DNA from: Flavobacteriaceae bacterium
GTDB lineage: Bacteria; Bacteroidota; Bacteroidia; Flavobacteriales; Flavobacteriaceae
NCBI GenBank assembly: GCA_038108035.1
Contig: JAYNHN010000002.1
Coordinates: 1 to 45,401 of the forward strand
Reading direction: 5' to 3'
Length of the DNA: 45,401 nt
Shown here: positions 15,939 to 25,690 of the stretch, in pieces
Numbering within the stretch: the first letter of the stretch is position 1
Layout of the letters: each line of letters starts with the position of its first letter
Notes under the pieces: model-generated
The model's input: the letters and a program-made list of their open reading frames with translations, nothing else
Told to the model about the DNA's origin: nothing
The model's database searches: none
Program-made: the position numbers and the translations under genes

Positions 15939-18464
15939 ATGCGCTATTTTTTCCTTTTACTATTTATTTATGCCTCGGCTTTTGGTCAAGATTATTTTAC
16001 CAAACGTTACCAACCCTTTAATAAAAACATTTCCTCACCAGAGACCTTTTTAGAATATAAAATAGGAGCTCAACACACTCGACACGATCAGATCGTGGCC
16101 TACCTTCAACTACTTGCGAAACAATCAAATCAGGCTAAGATTACCTACTACGGGAAATCGCATGAGGGGAGAAAATTGTCCTTACTTATTATAAGTTCAG
16201 AACAAAATTTAGCCAATCTTGAAGAGATTCAAAAGATACATTTAGACTTTGCCCAAGGGCGGCTTGATGAACAACCGGACATACCGGTAATTATTAATTT
16301 GGCCTATAATGTCCACGGTAACGAACCCTCTAGTTCTGAAGCTGCACTTCTCGCAGCCTATACTTTGACTGCCTCTGAGAACGAACAAATTCAATCGTTT
16401 CTTGAAAAAGCAATCATTTTTATCGATCCCACCATCAACCCAGACGGCAGAGACCGACATACCCAATGGGCAAATACTTATAAAGGAAGTCCTTTAGTGG
16501 CAGATCCAATGGATGCTGAACATAACGAATATTGGCCGGGAGGGAGAACCAATCATTATTGGTTTGATTTGAATAGAGACTGGCTTTTGGCGATCAATCC
16601 TGAGAGCCAAGGTAAACTGAGTTGGTATCACCACTGGTACCCTAATGTCGTAACCGATTTTCATGAAATGGGCAGCCAAAGCACCTATTTTTTTGAACCG
16701 ATGAAGCCAAATGGATCGTTAGATCCTATTATGCCTAAGGACAATTATGTGAAATTAAATGATTTGTTTGCTACCTATTTTTCTAAAGGTTTGGACAGTA
16801 TTGGATCGCTTTATTTTACCAAAGAGGCTTTTGATGGAACGTATCCGGGTTATGGGTCTTCTTATCCTGACCTTCAAGGAGGGTTGGGACTTCTTTTTGA
16901 ACAGGCAAGTTCTAGAGGGTTAAAACAAAAAACCGCTTTTGGACACATTACCTTCCCCTTTACCATACGCAATCAATTTGTTTCCAGTTTGGCAACAGTG
17001 CAAGCAGCCGTTGAAAATAAAACCTTTCTACGAGATTATCAAAAGGCCTTTTTTGAGTCGGCAATAAGTAGAAGTGGAAAGAGTAAAATCAAAGCCTATA
17101 CTTTTGAAGAACCCGATCGGAATAGAGCCAAGGCATTTATAGATAAGCTTCTTCAACATAAAGTGGAGGTTTTTAAAACAGGTAAAGACCAATACGCTGT
17201 TTCGACACAACAAGCTCAATATCGAATGGTTCAAACTGTTTTTGAAACCTATGAAAAATACCGTGACAGTGTATATTATGATGCTTCAGCTTGGTCAGTG
17301 GCTAATTTTTACAACATTAAATACGAAGCGCAATCCAAAACGTTTGAGGGTCAAAAAATAGAATCCATTGAAAACCTATTTACACTTCAGCCGTTAAAAA
17401 AATCGTCCTATGCCTATGTGGTAGATGCTCAAGATTACAATGTACCTGCACTTATTCAAGACGCTCAAAAACATAAAATATCGATTGCAACTTCTTTTAA
17501 ACCCTTTCGATCGTCAAATAACATTGCTTTTTCTTATGGTTCTTTGGTCATTCCAGTTGCTTCTCAAACTAAAACAGAGATGGAATTGTTTCAACTTTTA
17601 CAACAACTGCAAGAAAAACATGGGGTTCAGGTTCATGCCATCCATTCGGGATTAAGTTTGGGTGGGGTTGATTTGGGGAGTCGTTCTGTAAAACCAATCC
17701 AAAAACCGAAAGCGTTGATGCTCATTGGGGAAGGTACCCGATCCTATGAAGCGGGTGAAGTTTGGCATCTGTTGGATACCAGAGTCGGAATGCCCATTAC
17801 CAAAGTAGCCCAAAGGTATTTTGATCGAGTAAATTTAGATAATTACAACACCTTTGTATTGGTATCCGGAAGTTATAAGTGGAATGAAAAACAGAAAAAG
17901 AAACTGAAAGACTGGGTTGCCAAAGGGAATACACTCCTATCCATTGGAACGGCCAATAAAGCATTAATCGAACATAAAATTGTAAAGGAACAATTGGTGA
18001 AAATACCCAAAGACAGCTTAGCAAAAGTACAGTCTAAACCCTACGTAGACGCACCGGAGAATATAGGTCGAGAAAAACTAGGTGGAGTATTTTTAAAAGG
18101 AATCCTTGATTCTACTCATCCATTAGCTTTTGGATACAATCACAAAGAGATAAGTCTATACAAGAACAATTTGGTTTGGTTGAAACCCAGCAAAAGCAGT
18201 TATGGAACGCCGGTTTCTTATGCGGAAAACCCTCACATAGACGGCTATATTTCTAAAAAAATACGAACTCAATTTTTGCCTAAAAGTGCTCCCGTAGTGG
18301 TAAGCCCAATTGGGAAAGGTAGGGTAATTCTTTTTGCCGAAAACCCTAACTTTAGAGGAACCACCTATGGGACCAACAGAATGTTTTTGAATGCAATGTT
18401 TTTAGGCAATCATATTTCAGTTCCTAATAGCAGCGGATCCGAAACAACTGAAGAAGCTCATTAA
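15939..18464 (+). CDS. Secreted M14-family zinc carboxypeptidase with a long C-terminal extension
   Basis: 841 aa. The signal peptide is MRYFFLLLFIYASAFGQ. The zinc motifs are NVHGNEPSSSEA and TDFHEMG. Confidence 0.9.
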   Translation: MRYFFLLLFIYASAFGQDYFTKRYQPFNKNISSPETFLEYKIGAQHTRHDQIVAYLQLLAKQSNQAKITYYGKSHEGRKLSLLIISSEQNLANLEEIQKIHLDFAQGRLDEQPDIPVIINLAYNVHGNEPSSSEAALLAAYTLTASENEQIQSFLEKAIIFIDPTINPDGRDRHTQWANTYKGSPLVADPMDAEHNEYWPGGRTNHYWFDLNRDWLLAINPESQGKLSWYHHWYPNVVTDFHEMGSQSTYFFEPMKPNGSLDPIMPKDNYVKLNDLFATYFSKGLDSIGSLYFTKEAFDGTYPGYGSSYPDLQGGLGLLFEQASSRGLKQKTAFGHITFPFTIRNQFVSSLATVQAAVENKTFLRDYQKAFFESAISRSGKSKIKAYTFEEPDRNRAKAFIDKLLQHKVEVFKTGKDQYAVSTQQAQYRMVQTVFETYEKYRDSVYYDASAWSVANFYNIKYEAQSKTFEGQKIESIENLFTLQPLKKSSYAYVVDAQDYNVPALIQDAQKHKISIATSFKPFRSSNNIAFSYGSLVIPVASQTKTEMELFQLLQQLQEKHGVQVHAIHSGLSLGGVDLGSRSVKPIQKPKALMLIGEGTRSYEAGEVWHLLDTRVGMPITKVAQRYFDRVNLDNYNTFVLVSGSYKWNEKQKKKLKDWVAKGNTLLSIGTANKALIEHKIVKEQLVKIPKDSLAKVQSKPYVDAPENIGREKLGGVFLKGILDSTHPLAFGYNHKEISLYKNNLVWLKPSKSSYGTPVSYAENPHIDGYISKKIRTQFLPKSAPVVVSPIGKGRVILFAENPNFRGTTYGTNRMFLNAMFLGNHISVPNSSGSETTEEAH

Positions 18465-20854
18465 GGTTCTAAAATCGTTTTTTTATAGGTAACCGATTGG
18501 ATTTGTTCCTTGGTGAAGTACATCGGAAAATAATCATCCTTAGACCAGGGCTCAAATAAATTACCATAAAATGGACTTTCGGGATTTCCTGATTGACCCG
18601 GTGCATTCGTACCGATAGTAGCATCCCAGTCTCCGGTATTGACAATCATCCTAAAACTGGCACCACTGGATTGATTGTCATTATTTCCTGTAGAACCGGG
18701 TGTATATCCGTTTCCACCCCTTGGAAGGGGGCCTAGATTTAATTGTTCCGATATTTTTTCAGAGGAAACCGTTCCAAGAGCATGAGTTATAGAACTGTGT
18801 TTGTAATTGTCTTGACCGTAAAACCATTGATTGGGATCGGAGCCTAGCTTTTCTTTTAAATGAACAATGGCCTTTTGAAAAGTGATCTTTAGAAAGGAAT
18901 TTCGATCTTCAATAGATCTATTTTTAAAAGGACCGATTCTTGGATTTTCGATCCAGTCTATGATTCGTTTTAATTGGATAGAACTTAGGTAGGGTTTGGC
19001 CTTATCAGGCACAAATTGTTGAAAAGCCTCATTTTTGATTTCTTTTTCCCATGCCACATAAATACCGGCAGCAATCGAATTGGGTTCTAATTTAAAGTCC
19101 CAATCCATCAGGCGACGGCTTTGTTCTTCTTCAAATGAATTGAAGCTTAGGGTATTTAGATAGGGGACTAACTTTTGTGCAGGCAGCGAGGTAACATCCA
19201 CCTGAAGTGCTTTCATGTCTTCTAAAGTAAGATCATTTTTAGACTCCAAAACTTCATTGACACGGTCTCCCCGATAGGGGTCGGACCAGGAAAACCCGAT
19301 CGCATCCCAGTAAGGATAATCTTCAGGAGTCACATTTTGATTGGCGGTGGCAATAAAACCCTTTTCAGGATTCAGATCGTTAGGTTTCTCAATTATGGGG
19401 AGGTATTTTTCCCACTCGTAGGATCCGTCACCGGGAACCGGTACTAAACCGCTGTGGTTTTTTCGTACGGGCGCTATACCCACAGCTTGCCAACCGATAC
19501 TTCCTTTTTTATCAGCCCAGATCATATTTTCCCCCGGAATATGACTGTAGGTACAAGCCTCCTGAAACGCTTCCCAAGTTTGAGCTTGGTCCATACGCAA
19601 CGACGCCAAATAAGGGGATCCCCCTGGCTCTAGCCAAGCACAACGAACAGCATAGGCGGTTAATGCTTTTTTGTTCAAATAGGTAACCGGGCCGTGATGC
19701 GTATAATACAGCTCCACCTCCTCAGCCGCTTGCCCTTTGACTTCGATGGTTTCTTGGATGATCTTTAAATCCACCCATTCTCCTTTGAATTTATACTGTA
19801 AAGGGTTTTTTGGGTTGAGCTCATATTGGTAAAGATCCTCTCCATCGGTACGAAAGACTGTTAATCCCCATGCTCCATATTCATTGTGACCAATCGATAT
19901 TCCTGGGATTTCGGGTTCACCTCCACCGATAATGTTCCATCCAGGGGCAACCAAATGAGCCATATACCGCAAAGAAGGCACCGCAATCGTTCGATGGGGA
20001 TCATTGGCCATATAAGTATTCCCATCTTTAGTTTTGGAGCCCGCTACCACCCAATTGTTACTTCCCAAATCCAAAGAATCTTTTGACAAATCGTTGTATC
20101 GATCCAAAAAAGCCATTTCCTCTACTTTCCGATAGGGTTCTAGAAGATGTTCTTTTTTAAAACGGACGGGTTTTCTAAAGGCAAAATAGGGAGCCAAAAT
20201 ATCTTCAAAAAGTAAAGAGGTATTTATTTTTGAATCTAAACGAATGTCGGGATCTTGGGGATGGAACCATAGAAGCTCTTTTACTTTTCTGGCTCCAATA
20301 AGGGCTACGGCTCGTCCAATTTGTAATTCTTGGCCAATATTACCCAGAAGACCTTGATGTCGTGAAATAACCACTTCGGGAGTCCACTTTTGAGGAAGTA
20401 TATTGAGCATTTTAAAGGGAAGAGGAAGTTTCTCGGGTGTTTTTAGAAGGGTTTCAATATAACTGTTGACTCCCTCTACGTAGGCTTCAATGATAGCTTT
20501 ACCCTCGGGATGATAATGATTCAATTCGGTAGTTATATCTCCTCGATATTGAAACAACCGAGTTCCAATGTCTCGCTTGAGTTCTTTGGGACCCAAAATT
20601 TCAGAAACGGTACCGGTTGCTTGTCGTCTCCAGATTTCAAATTGAAACAAACGATCTTGAGCAGCGGCATAACCTTGTGCAAAAAAAAGGTCGTGTTGGT
20701 TTTGGGCATAAATGTGATTGATACCCCATTGATCCCGTACTATTTCTACTGGATCGTTTAAACCTTCCACCGTTCTTTTTTCCTTTAAAAAGGAGGTATC
20801 CTCCACCGTACAGGAGAAAAGTAGAAGTATTGAAAATAGTATAAAAGGTCTCAT
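18461..20854 (-). CDS. Penicillin acylase / AHL-acylase family Ntn-hydrolase (peptidase S45), lipoprotein
   Basis: The lipobox is ILLLFSCTVE. The autoprocessing and nucleophile site is DLGSNNWVVAG. I prefer the start at ATG 20854 (MRPFILF...); the track's GTG is at 20863. Confidence 0.9.
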   Translation of the reverse strand: MRPFILFSILLLFSCTVEDTSFLKEKRTVEGLNDPVEIVRDQWGINHIYAQNQHDLFFAQGYAAAQDRLFQFEIWRRQATGTVSEILGPKELKRDIGTRLFQYRGDITTELNHYHPEGKAIIEAYVEGVNSYIETLLKTPEKLPLPFKMLNILPQKWTPEVVISRHQGLLGNIGQELQIGRAVALIGARKVKELLWFHPQDPDIRLDSKINTSLLFEDILAPYFAFRKPVRFKKEHLLEPYRKVEEMAFLDRYNDLSKDSLDLGSNNWVVAGSKTKDGNTYMANDPHRTIAVPSLRYMAHLVAPGWNIIGGGEPEIPGISIGHNEYGAWGLTVFRTDGEDLYQYELNPKNPLQYKFKGEWVDLKIIQETIEVKGQAAEEVELYYTHHGPVTYLNKKALTAYAVRCAWLEPGGSPYLASLRMDQAQTWEAFQEACTYSHIPGENMIWADKKGSIGWQAVGIAPVRKNHSGLVPVPGDGSYEWEKYLPIIEKPNDLNPEKGFIATANQNVTPEDYPYWDAIGFSWSDPYRGDRVNEVLESKNDLTLEDMKALQVDVTSLPAQKLVPYLNTLSFNSFEEEQSRRLMDWDFKLEPNSIAAGIYVAWEKEIKNEAFQQFVPDKAKPYLSSIQLKRIIDWIENPRIGPFKNRSIEDRNSFLKITFQKAIVHLKEKLGSDPNQWFYGQDNYKHSSITHALGTVSSEKISEQLNLGPLPRGGNGYTPGSTGNNDNQSSGASFRMIVNTGDWDATIGTNAPGQSGNPESPFYGNLFEPWSKDDYFPMYFTKEQIQSVTYKKTILEP

Positions 20855-20865
20855 AAAGTCCACAA

Positions 20866-22446
20866 TTAGTTTTTAGAATCGGATGAAGGAATAAAGCGAG
20901 CTTTCAGATCAGGTTTTTCCATGTCCGGATCAAGGGGAAACATCGGTCGTTTGATTCGTTTGTGACCCAGACGCTCTAAGTCTTGATCTACACCACCGGG
21001 AGTAAGTGCCATAATCCAATCTCCCCTCATATTATAAAGCTCAGGAACCAAATACCCTATTTTTACAACTAGGATATCGGCCTTTCTGGGGGCTAAATTA
21101 AGTTGAGTAAAATCTTTTTCTCGATGATAGGGTTTTCTTTTTTTGGTAACAATTACTCGGATACTTCCCACACGAATGACAGCTTCGGTTTCTGCATGGA
21201 CATCCCCTTTGAAGAGTGCTTCCACGGTCCCATTGAGCAGCAAAGGGGGTGCATAACGATCGTCTACTTGAGCACCTACTTTGGCAGATACCGTTCCTCC
21301 TACCCCTACTTTTTCAACAGCTTCAATCATTTCAGGGCCCGGTATGGAAGCATAAATGAGTCTGGGCCCTTCAGGGTTTTGAAAGGCTTTATTGTTGATC
21401 AATTCTCTCAAGGTCCAGGTCACATCTCCAGCTCCTCCCGCTGTAGGATTATCACCCATATCACTTATGATAAAGGGTTTTTGGGTTGAGTTTAATGCTT
21501 TTGAAAGACTCTCTTCCAAGGTTGCCGTAGCTGCGACAAACTCAAAGTCCTTTCTTACCGCCCAAAAATTTTCAGCGAGGCTTTCAGCACTTTCAGCAAC
21601 GGCTTTTTTGTCATCACCGGTCACCATGACCACCGCATGGTTTCTAGGTTCGTCTGCCCAAGCATAGCCGATCCAAATGGCCGCATCAATAACGCCTTCT
21701 TTTTCTGTTTGAGGTTGAACTTGAGCGTACAGACTTTTTCCCGGCTCGATCCGCGTACTCGTTTTTTCACCGGGGAGTAAAATGGGAATAGGAATCCAAG
21801 CTTTAAATTTGGGTTTTCCTTTCCCGGAAACCAATCGTTCCAATAAATTGTCGACAGCTCGTTGTTTTGATTCCAATGCATCCTCATGTGGAGCCATTCG
21901 ATAACAAGTAATTAAGTCGGAATGTAGAGCCAAGCGCTCAGACACATTTCCATGCAAATCCATTGAAGTGGATATAAGGGTCTCTGTACCGATGAGTGCT
22001 CTTATTTTAGCAATAAAATCTCCTTCGGGATCATCGATTCCCTCTACACTCATTGCTCCGTGAATATCAAAAAACAAACCGTCATAGGGCATTTCTTTTT
22101 TCAGTAAGTCCAAGGTGACTCCTACTAAAGAATCATAAGCCTTTCGCGTGACAATTCCTCCTGGTAGCGCATGACCCCGAAGGGTAGGAACCCATTGAGC
22201 GGCTTGGCTTTGGGAACTGCTGTCCTCTAAAAAGGGGTAGTATTCGAAGATGTCTTGTCCTTTTCGTGCAAGAAAAGCATCCGCTTGGGTAGTGGCAGGG
22301 GAGAAGGTACTCGACTCGATTGCTAGACCAGCAATGGCAATTTTAGGCTTATTTTTTTCGGTGTGGGTGTCGAAAGATTGACATCCTAAGAAGATCAAAA
22401 AAAGACTTAAGAAAAAGGGACTTTTTTTTACAAAAAGAAGTGGCAT
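20866..22446 (-). CDS. M81-family (MlrC-like) metallopeptidase, lipoprotein
   Basis: 526 aa. The lipobox is LIFLGCQSF. The MlrC N-domain pattern is KIAIAGLAIESSTFSP...DLHGNVS, followed by an MlrC C-domain. Confidence 0.85.
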   Translation of the reverse strand: MPLLFVKKSPFFLSLFLIFLGCQSFDTHTEKNKPKIAIAGLAIESSTFSPATTQADAFLARKGQDIFEYYPFLEDSSSQSQAAQWVPTLRGHALPGGIVTRKAYDSLVGVTLDLLKKEMPYDGLFFDIHGAMSVEGIDDPEGDFIAKIRALIGTETLISTSMDLHGNVSERLALHSDLITCYRMAPHEDALESKQRAVDNLLERLVSGKGKPKFKAWIPIPILLPGEKTSTRIEPGKSLYAQVQPQTEKEGVIDAAIWIGYAWADEPRNHAVVMVTGDDKKAVAESAESLAENFWAVRKDFEFVAATATLEESLSKALNSTQKPFIISDMGDNPTAGGAGDVTWTLRELINNKAFQNPEGPRLIYASIPGPEMIEAVEKVGVGGTVSAKVGAQVDDRYAPPLLLNGTVEALFKGDVHAETEAVIRVGSIRVIVTKKRKPYHREKDFTQLNLAPRKADILVVKIGYLVPELYNMRGDWIMALTPGGVDQDLERLGHKRIKRPMFPLDPDMEKPDLKARFIPSSDSKN

Positions 22447-22691
22447 GGTTAAAAAATTTGTATTAAATATAAAGGTTTATTTTTTTATTCAGACTCGTAA
22501 ACCAATTGAAATCGAATTGAAGGAATCGTCCCATCAAAAAGTGGTTAGGAAAGTTTTTTTAATTGTTTATCTTAGGGAGGAATTTAAACAAATAGTATAA
22601 GTTAAGAGTCACAATCTCTATCCGAATTGAACTAAGAGAAGTGTATTCAAGAGTGAGTGGCCTTAATGTTTTAAAAACAAATAAATTTTAG

Positions 22692-24035
22692 ATGAAAAGT
22701 GTATTCTATTGGTCATTAGTAGCCGCTTTAGCGGGACTTCTTTTTGGATTTGACACCGTTGTCATTTCAGGAGCAGATAAACAACTCCAAAGTTTGTGGG
22801 AATCCTCAGATGCCTTCCACGGTTCTGTGGTAATGGCAATGGCTTTGTGGGGTACGGTGGCAGGCGCTTTGTTTGGAGCGATTCCAACTCAACGATTTGG
22901 TCGAAAAAAAACTTTATTGTGGGTAGGGCTTTTATACACTGTTTCAGCTGTGGGTTCCGCTCTAGCAAACGATCCCATTACATTTGCCATTATGCGATTT
23001 ATTGGAGGAGTAGGTGTTGGAATTTCAACTATAGCAGCACCGGCCTATATTTCGGAAATAGCACCTGCTAAAAGTAGAGGAAAGTTAGTAGGTCTGTATC
23101 AATTCAATCTTGTGTTTGGCATTATGCTGGCGTTTATTTCGAATTATCTACTTAGTGACTTAGGAGAAAATGCCTGGCGCTGGATGATGGGAGTAGAGGC
23201 TTTTCCGGCAATTCTTTTTACGCTGTTGTGTTTTGGAATTCCAAAAAGTCCCCGATGGCTTATTACAAAAGGGTCTATTGATGAAGCCAAAACTATTTAC
23301 ACTGAGGTAGATCCCGAAGGTTCTTTTGAAGAACTCTTGATGGAAGCAGAAAAAAACGCTGAGGAAGAATCTTCAAAAGAATCCATTTTTGATCCCAAAT
23401 ACCGCTTTCCTTTAAAACTGGCTTTTTTAGTTGCCTTTTTTAACCAATTATCTGGAATCAATGCGTTTTTATACTATGCGCCTCGTATTTTTGAAGAGGG
23501 AGGACTCGGAGCCAGTGCCTCTTTGCTGAGCAGTATTGGAATTGGAATTACGAATTTGATTTTTACATTCATTGGAATTTCATTAATTGACAAACAAGGA
23601 CGACGACAATTAATGTATTACGGCTCGTTGGGTTATATTATTTCGTTGAGTTTGGTAGCTTGTGCTTTTTTCTTTCAATGGGGAGGGATTTTGATTCCTT
23701 TATTTTTATTCCTATTTATTGCTGCGCATGCCATTGGACAGGGAGCTATCATTTGGGTATATATTTCCGAAATTTTTCCGAATCATCTTCGCAATTCGGG
23801 ACAGGCTTTCGGTGTGAGTGTCCACTGGATCTTAGCAGCCATTATTCCTTCTTTTGTACCTCTTCTTTTTTCAAGTATAGGTGCGGGAGTGGTCTTTTTG
23901 ATTTTTGCTTTTTTTATGGTTCTTCAGTTGTTATTTGTTCATTTTATGATGCCAGAAACAAGAGGGATTTCGCTTGAAGAATTGAGTAAAAAATTGATTA
24001 TTGATAAAATCAAATCCACAGATGAATCTTCTTAA
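22692..24035 (+). CDS. MFS sugar porter (sugar:H+ symporter family)
   Basis: 447 aa with 12 predicted helices. The sugar-porter signatures are GRKKTLL, PKSPRWL and MPETRGISLEEL. Confidence 0.9.
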   Translation: MKSVFYWSLVAALAGLLFGFDTVVISGADKQLQSLWESSDAFHGSVVMAMALWGTVAGALFGAIPTQRFGRKKTLLWVGLLYTVSAVGSALANDPITFAIMRFIGGVGVGISTIAAPAYISEIAPAKSRGKLVGLYQFNLVFGIMLAFISNYLLSDLGENAWRWMMGVEAFPAILFTLLCFGIPKSPRWLITKGSIDEAKTIYTEVDPEGSFEELLMEAEKNAEEESSKESIFDPKYRFPLKLAFLVAFFNQLSGINAFLYYAPRIFEEGGLGASASLLSSIGIGITNLIFTFIGISLIDKQGRRQLMYYGSLGYIISLSLVACAFFFQWGGILIPLFLFLFIAAHAIGQGAIIWVYISEIFPNHLRNSGQAFGVSVHWILAAIIPSFVPLLFSSIGAGVVFLIFAFFMVLQLLFVHFMMPETRGISLEELSKKLIIDKIKSTDESS

Positions 24036-25620
24036 AAATGTATATGTGTACAGTTTGTTGAGCCTATTCGTTTTTACAGCCTGTAACTCTAAAAAAAACC
24101 AAAAAAACGCACTCGAAATGGAGGTATACAATTCGGACGAAATTCAGTATCGTCCAAATTTTCATTTTACTCCAAAAAAGAATTGGATGAATGATCCCAA
24201 CGGAATGTTTTATTTAAATGGGAAATACCATCTTTATTTCCAACACAATCCACAAGCTAACGTTTGGGGACCGATGCATTGGGGTCATGCCACGAGTGAG
24301 GATTTGATTCATTGGGAGGAACAACCCATAGCCCTATTTCCAGATGCATTGGGGACAATTTTCTCAGGGAGTGCAGTAGTTGATTTTAAAAATACTTCAG
24401 GCTTGGGAACTACTGAGAATCCCCCCATTGTTGTGATTTACACGAATCATGATCAAGAGGTTGCTGCGAATGGGGGTACGGGTTTTCAATCTCAAAGTAT
24501 TGCCTATTCCTTGAATGAAGGGCAAACTTGGATAAAATACGATCAAAATCCTGTTTTAAAAAACGAAAAAATCAAAGACTTCAGGGATCCAAAGGTCTTT
24601 TGGTTTGAACCCGATCAAAAATGGATTATGACCTTAGCAGCGGGTCAAGAGACTCAATTTTTTGCTTCACACAATTTAAAACAATGGACTTTTTTATCCT
24701 CTTTTGGAGAAGGAATTGGCAATCACGAAGGCGTATGGGAATGCCCTGATTTATTTCCACTTCCTGTTCAAGGTAGCTCCAAAACCAAATGGGTTCATTT
24801 GGTCAGCATCAATCCGGGAGGGCCCAACGGGGGAAGTGCTACTCAATATTTTGTTGGAGATTTTGATGGGAAAAAGTTTAAAATAGATTCCGCATTTGAG
24901 AGCACTTTAGAAGAATCCCATACTTTTTGGACTGATTTTGGAAGAGACAATTACGCCGGGGTTACATTTCACAATTGGAAAAGTAAAAACCAAGGGGTAT
25001 TGTATATGGGGTGGATGTCTAATTGGGATTATGCCAATCAAGTTCCTACTACTACTTGGAGAAGCGCCATGACACTGGGAAGAGAATTGCAATTAATTCA
25101 AGCGGATAACACCTATCGTTTGAGGTCAATAGTACCTAACAATTGGGAAAACTACATTCACAAAACAAAAAAAGAGGAATCCTTGGTTTTTGAGGGAGAA
25201 ACCACTCTGATTCAATCTGGAGAAATCGATTTAAGAGGTGCTCGCGTCCGATTAAAAATCGACCAAATCAACAACAAAACGCACACCTTTATTTTGAAGA
25301 ATCGTTTGGGAAACGTTCTCTCTTTTGGATACAACCCTGAGAAGCAACAATTTTTTATAGATCGGGGAGAATCCGGAAAAGTTGACTTTTCTAAAAAGTT
25401 TGCCGTGGGTTATTCCATTGCTCCTAGGACGAATAAAAGTGAACGTCTTTGGGTTGATTTTATTTTGGATAAAACATCTATTGAATTGTTTTTTGATCAG
25501 GGGGAGACTGTTTTAACCGAGATCTTCTTCCCGGAATCCCCTTTCGAAACCCTGACTTTAAGAGTAGAAGGCAAAACCGAACTTTCACAAATCGAAATTA
25601 AGGAGCTTAAAAAGAAATAA
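24022..25620 (+). CDS. Glycoside hydrolase family 32 (beta-fructofuranosidase / levanase type), lipoprotein
   Basis: It has the motifs WMNDPNG, RDPKVFW and ECPDLF. The lipobox is LFVFTACNSKK. The start is at ATG 24022; the track's 24001 is TTG. It overlaps the MFS gene by 14 nt. Confidence 0.9.
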   Translation: MNLLKNVYVYSLLSLFVFTACNSKKNQKNALEMEVYNSDEIQYRPNFHFTPKKNWMNDPNGMFYLNGKYHLYFQHNPQANVWGPMHWGHATSEDLIHWEEQPIALFPDALGTIFSGSAVVDFKNTSGLGTTENPPIVVIYTNHDQEVAANGGTGFQSQSIAYSLNEGQTWIKYDQNPVLKNEKIKDFRDPKVFWFEPDQKWIMTLAAGQETQFFASHNLKQWTFLSSFGEGIGNHEGVWECPDLFPLPVQGSSKTKWVHLVSINPGGPNGGSATQYFVGDFDGKKFKIDSAFESTLEESHTFWTDFGRDNYAGVTFHNWKSKNQGVLYMGWMSNWDYANQVPTTTWRSAMTLGRELQLIQADNTYRLRSIVPNNWENYIHKTKKEESLVFEGETTLIQSGEIDLRGARVRLKIDQINNKTHTFILKNRLGNVLSFGYNPEKQQFFIDRGESGKVDFSKKFAVGYSIAPRTNKSERLWVDFILDKTSIELFFDQGETVLTEIFFPESPFETLTLRVEGKTELSQIEIKELKKK

Positions 25621-25690
25621 TTTTTCCCAAAAGCAGTTTTCCTGGAGTTGGAGCGAATGTATTTTTTATATTAGAGTCTAAATTTAAAAA

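Noticed and set aside
21103-21667. Two overlapping plus-strand ORFs (128 and 91 aa) inside the MlrC-like gene
   Set aside because: They are antisense to a gene with clear family motifs. Their Ser/Phe-rich composition is typical of shadow frames.
22504-22631. Three copies of AATTGAA (two extended to CGAATTGAA, at 22513..22521 and 22623..22631) in the MlrC/MFS divergent spacer
   Set aside because: They are short AT-rich words in a 245-bp AT-rich spacer and no regulator gene is nearby. I cannot distinguish them from chance without a genome-wide motif count.
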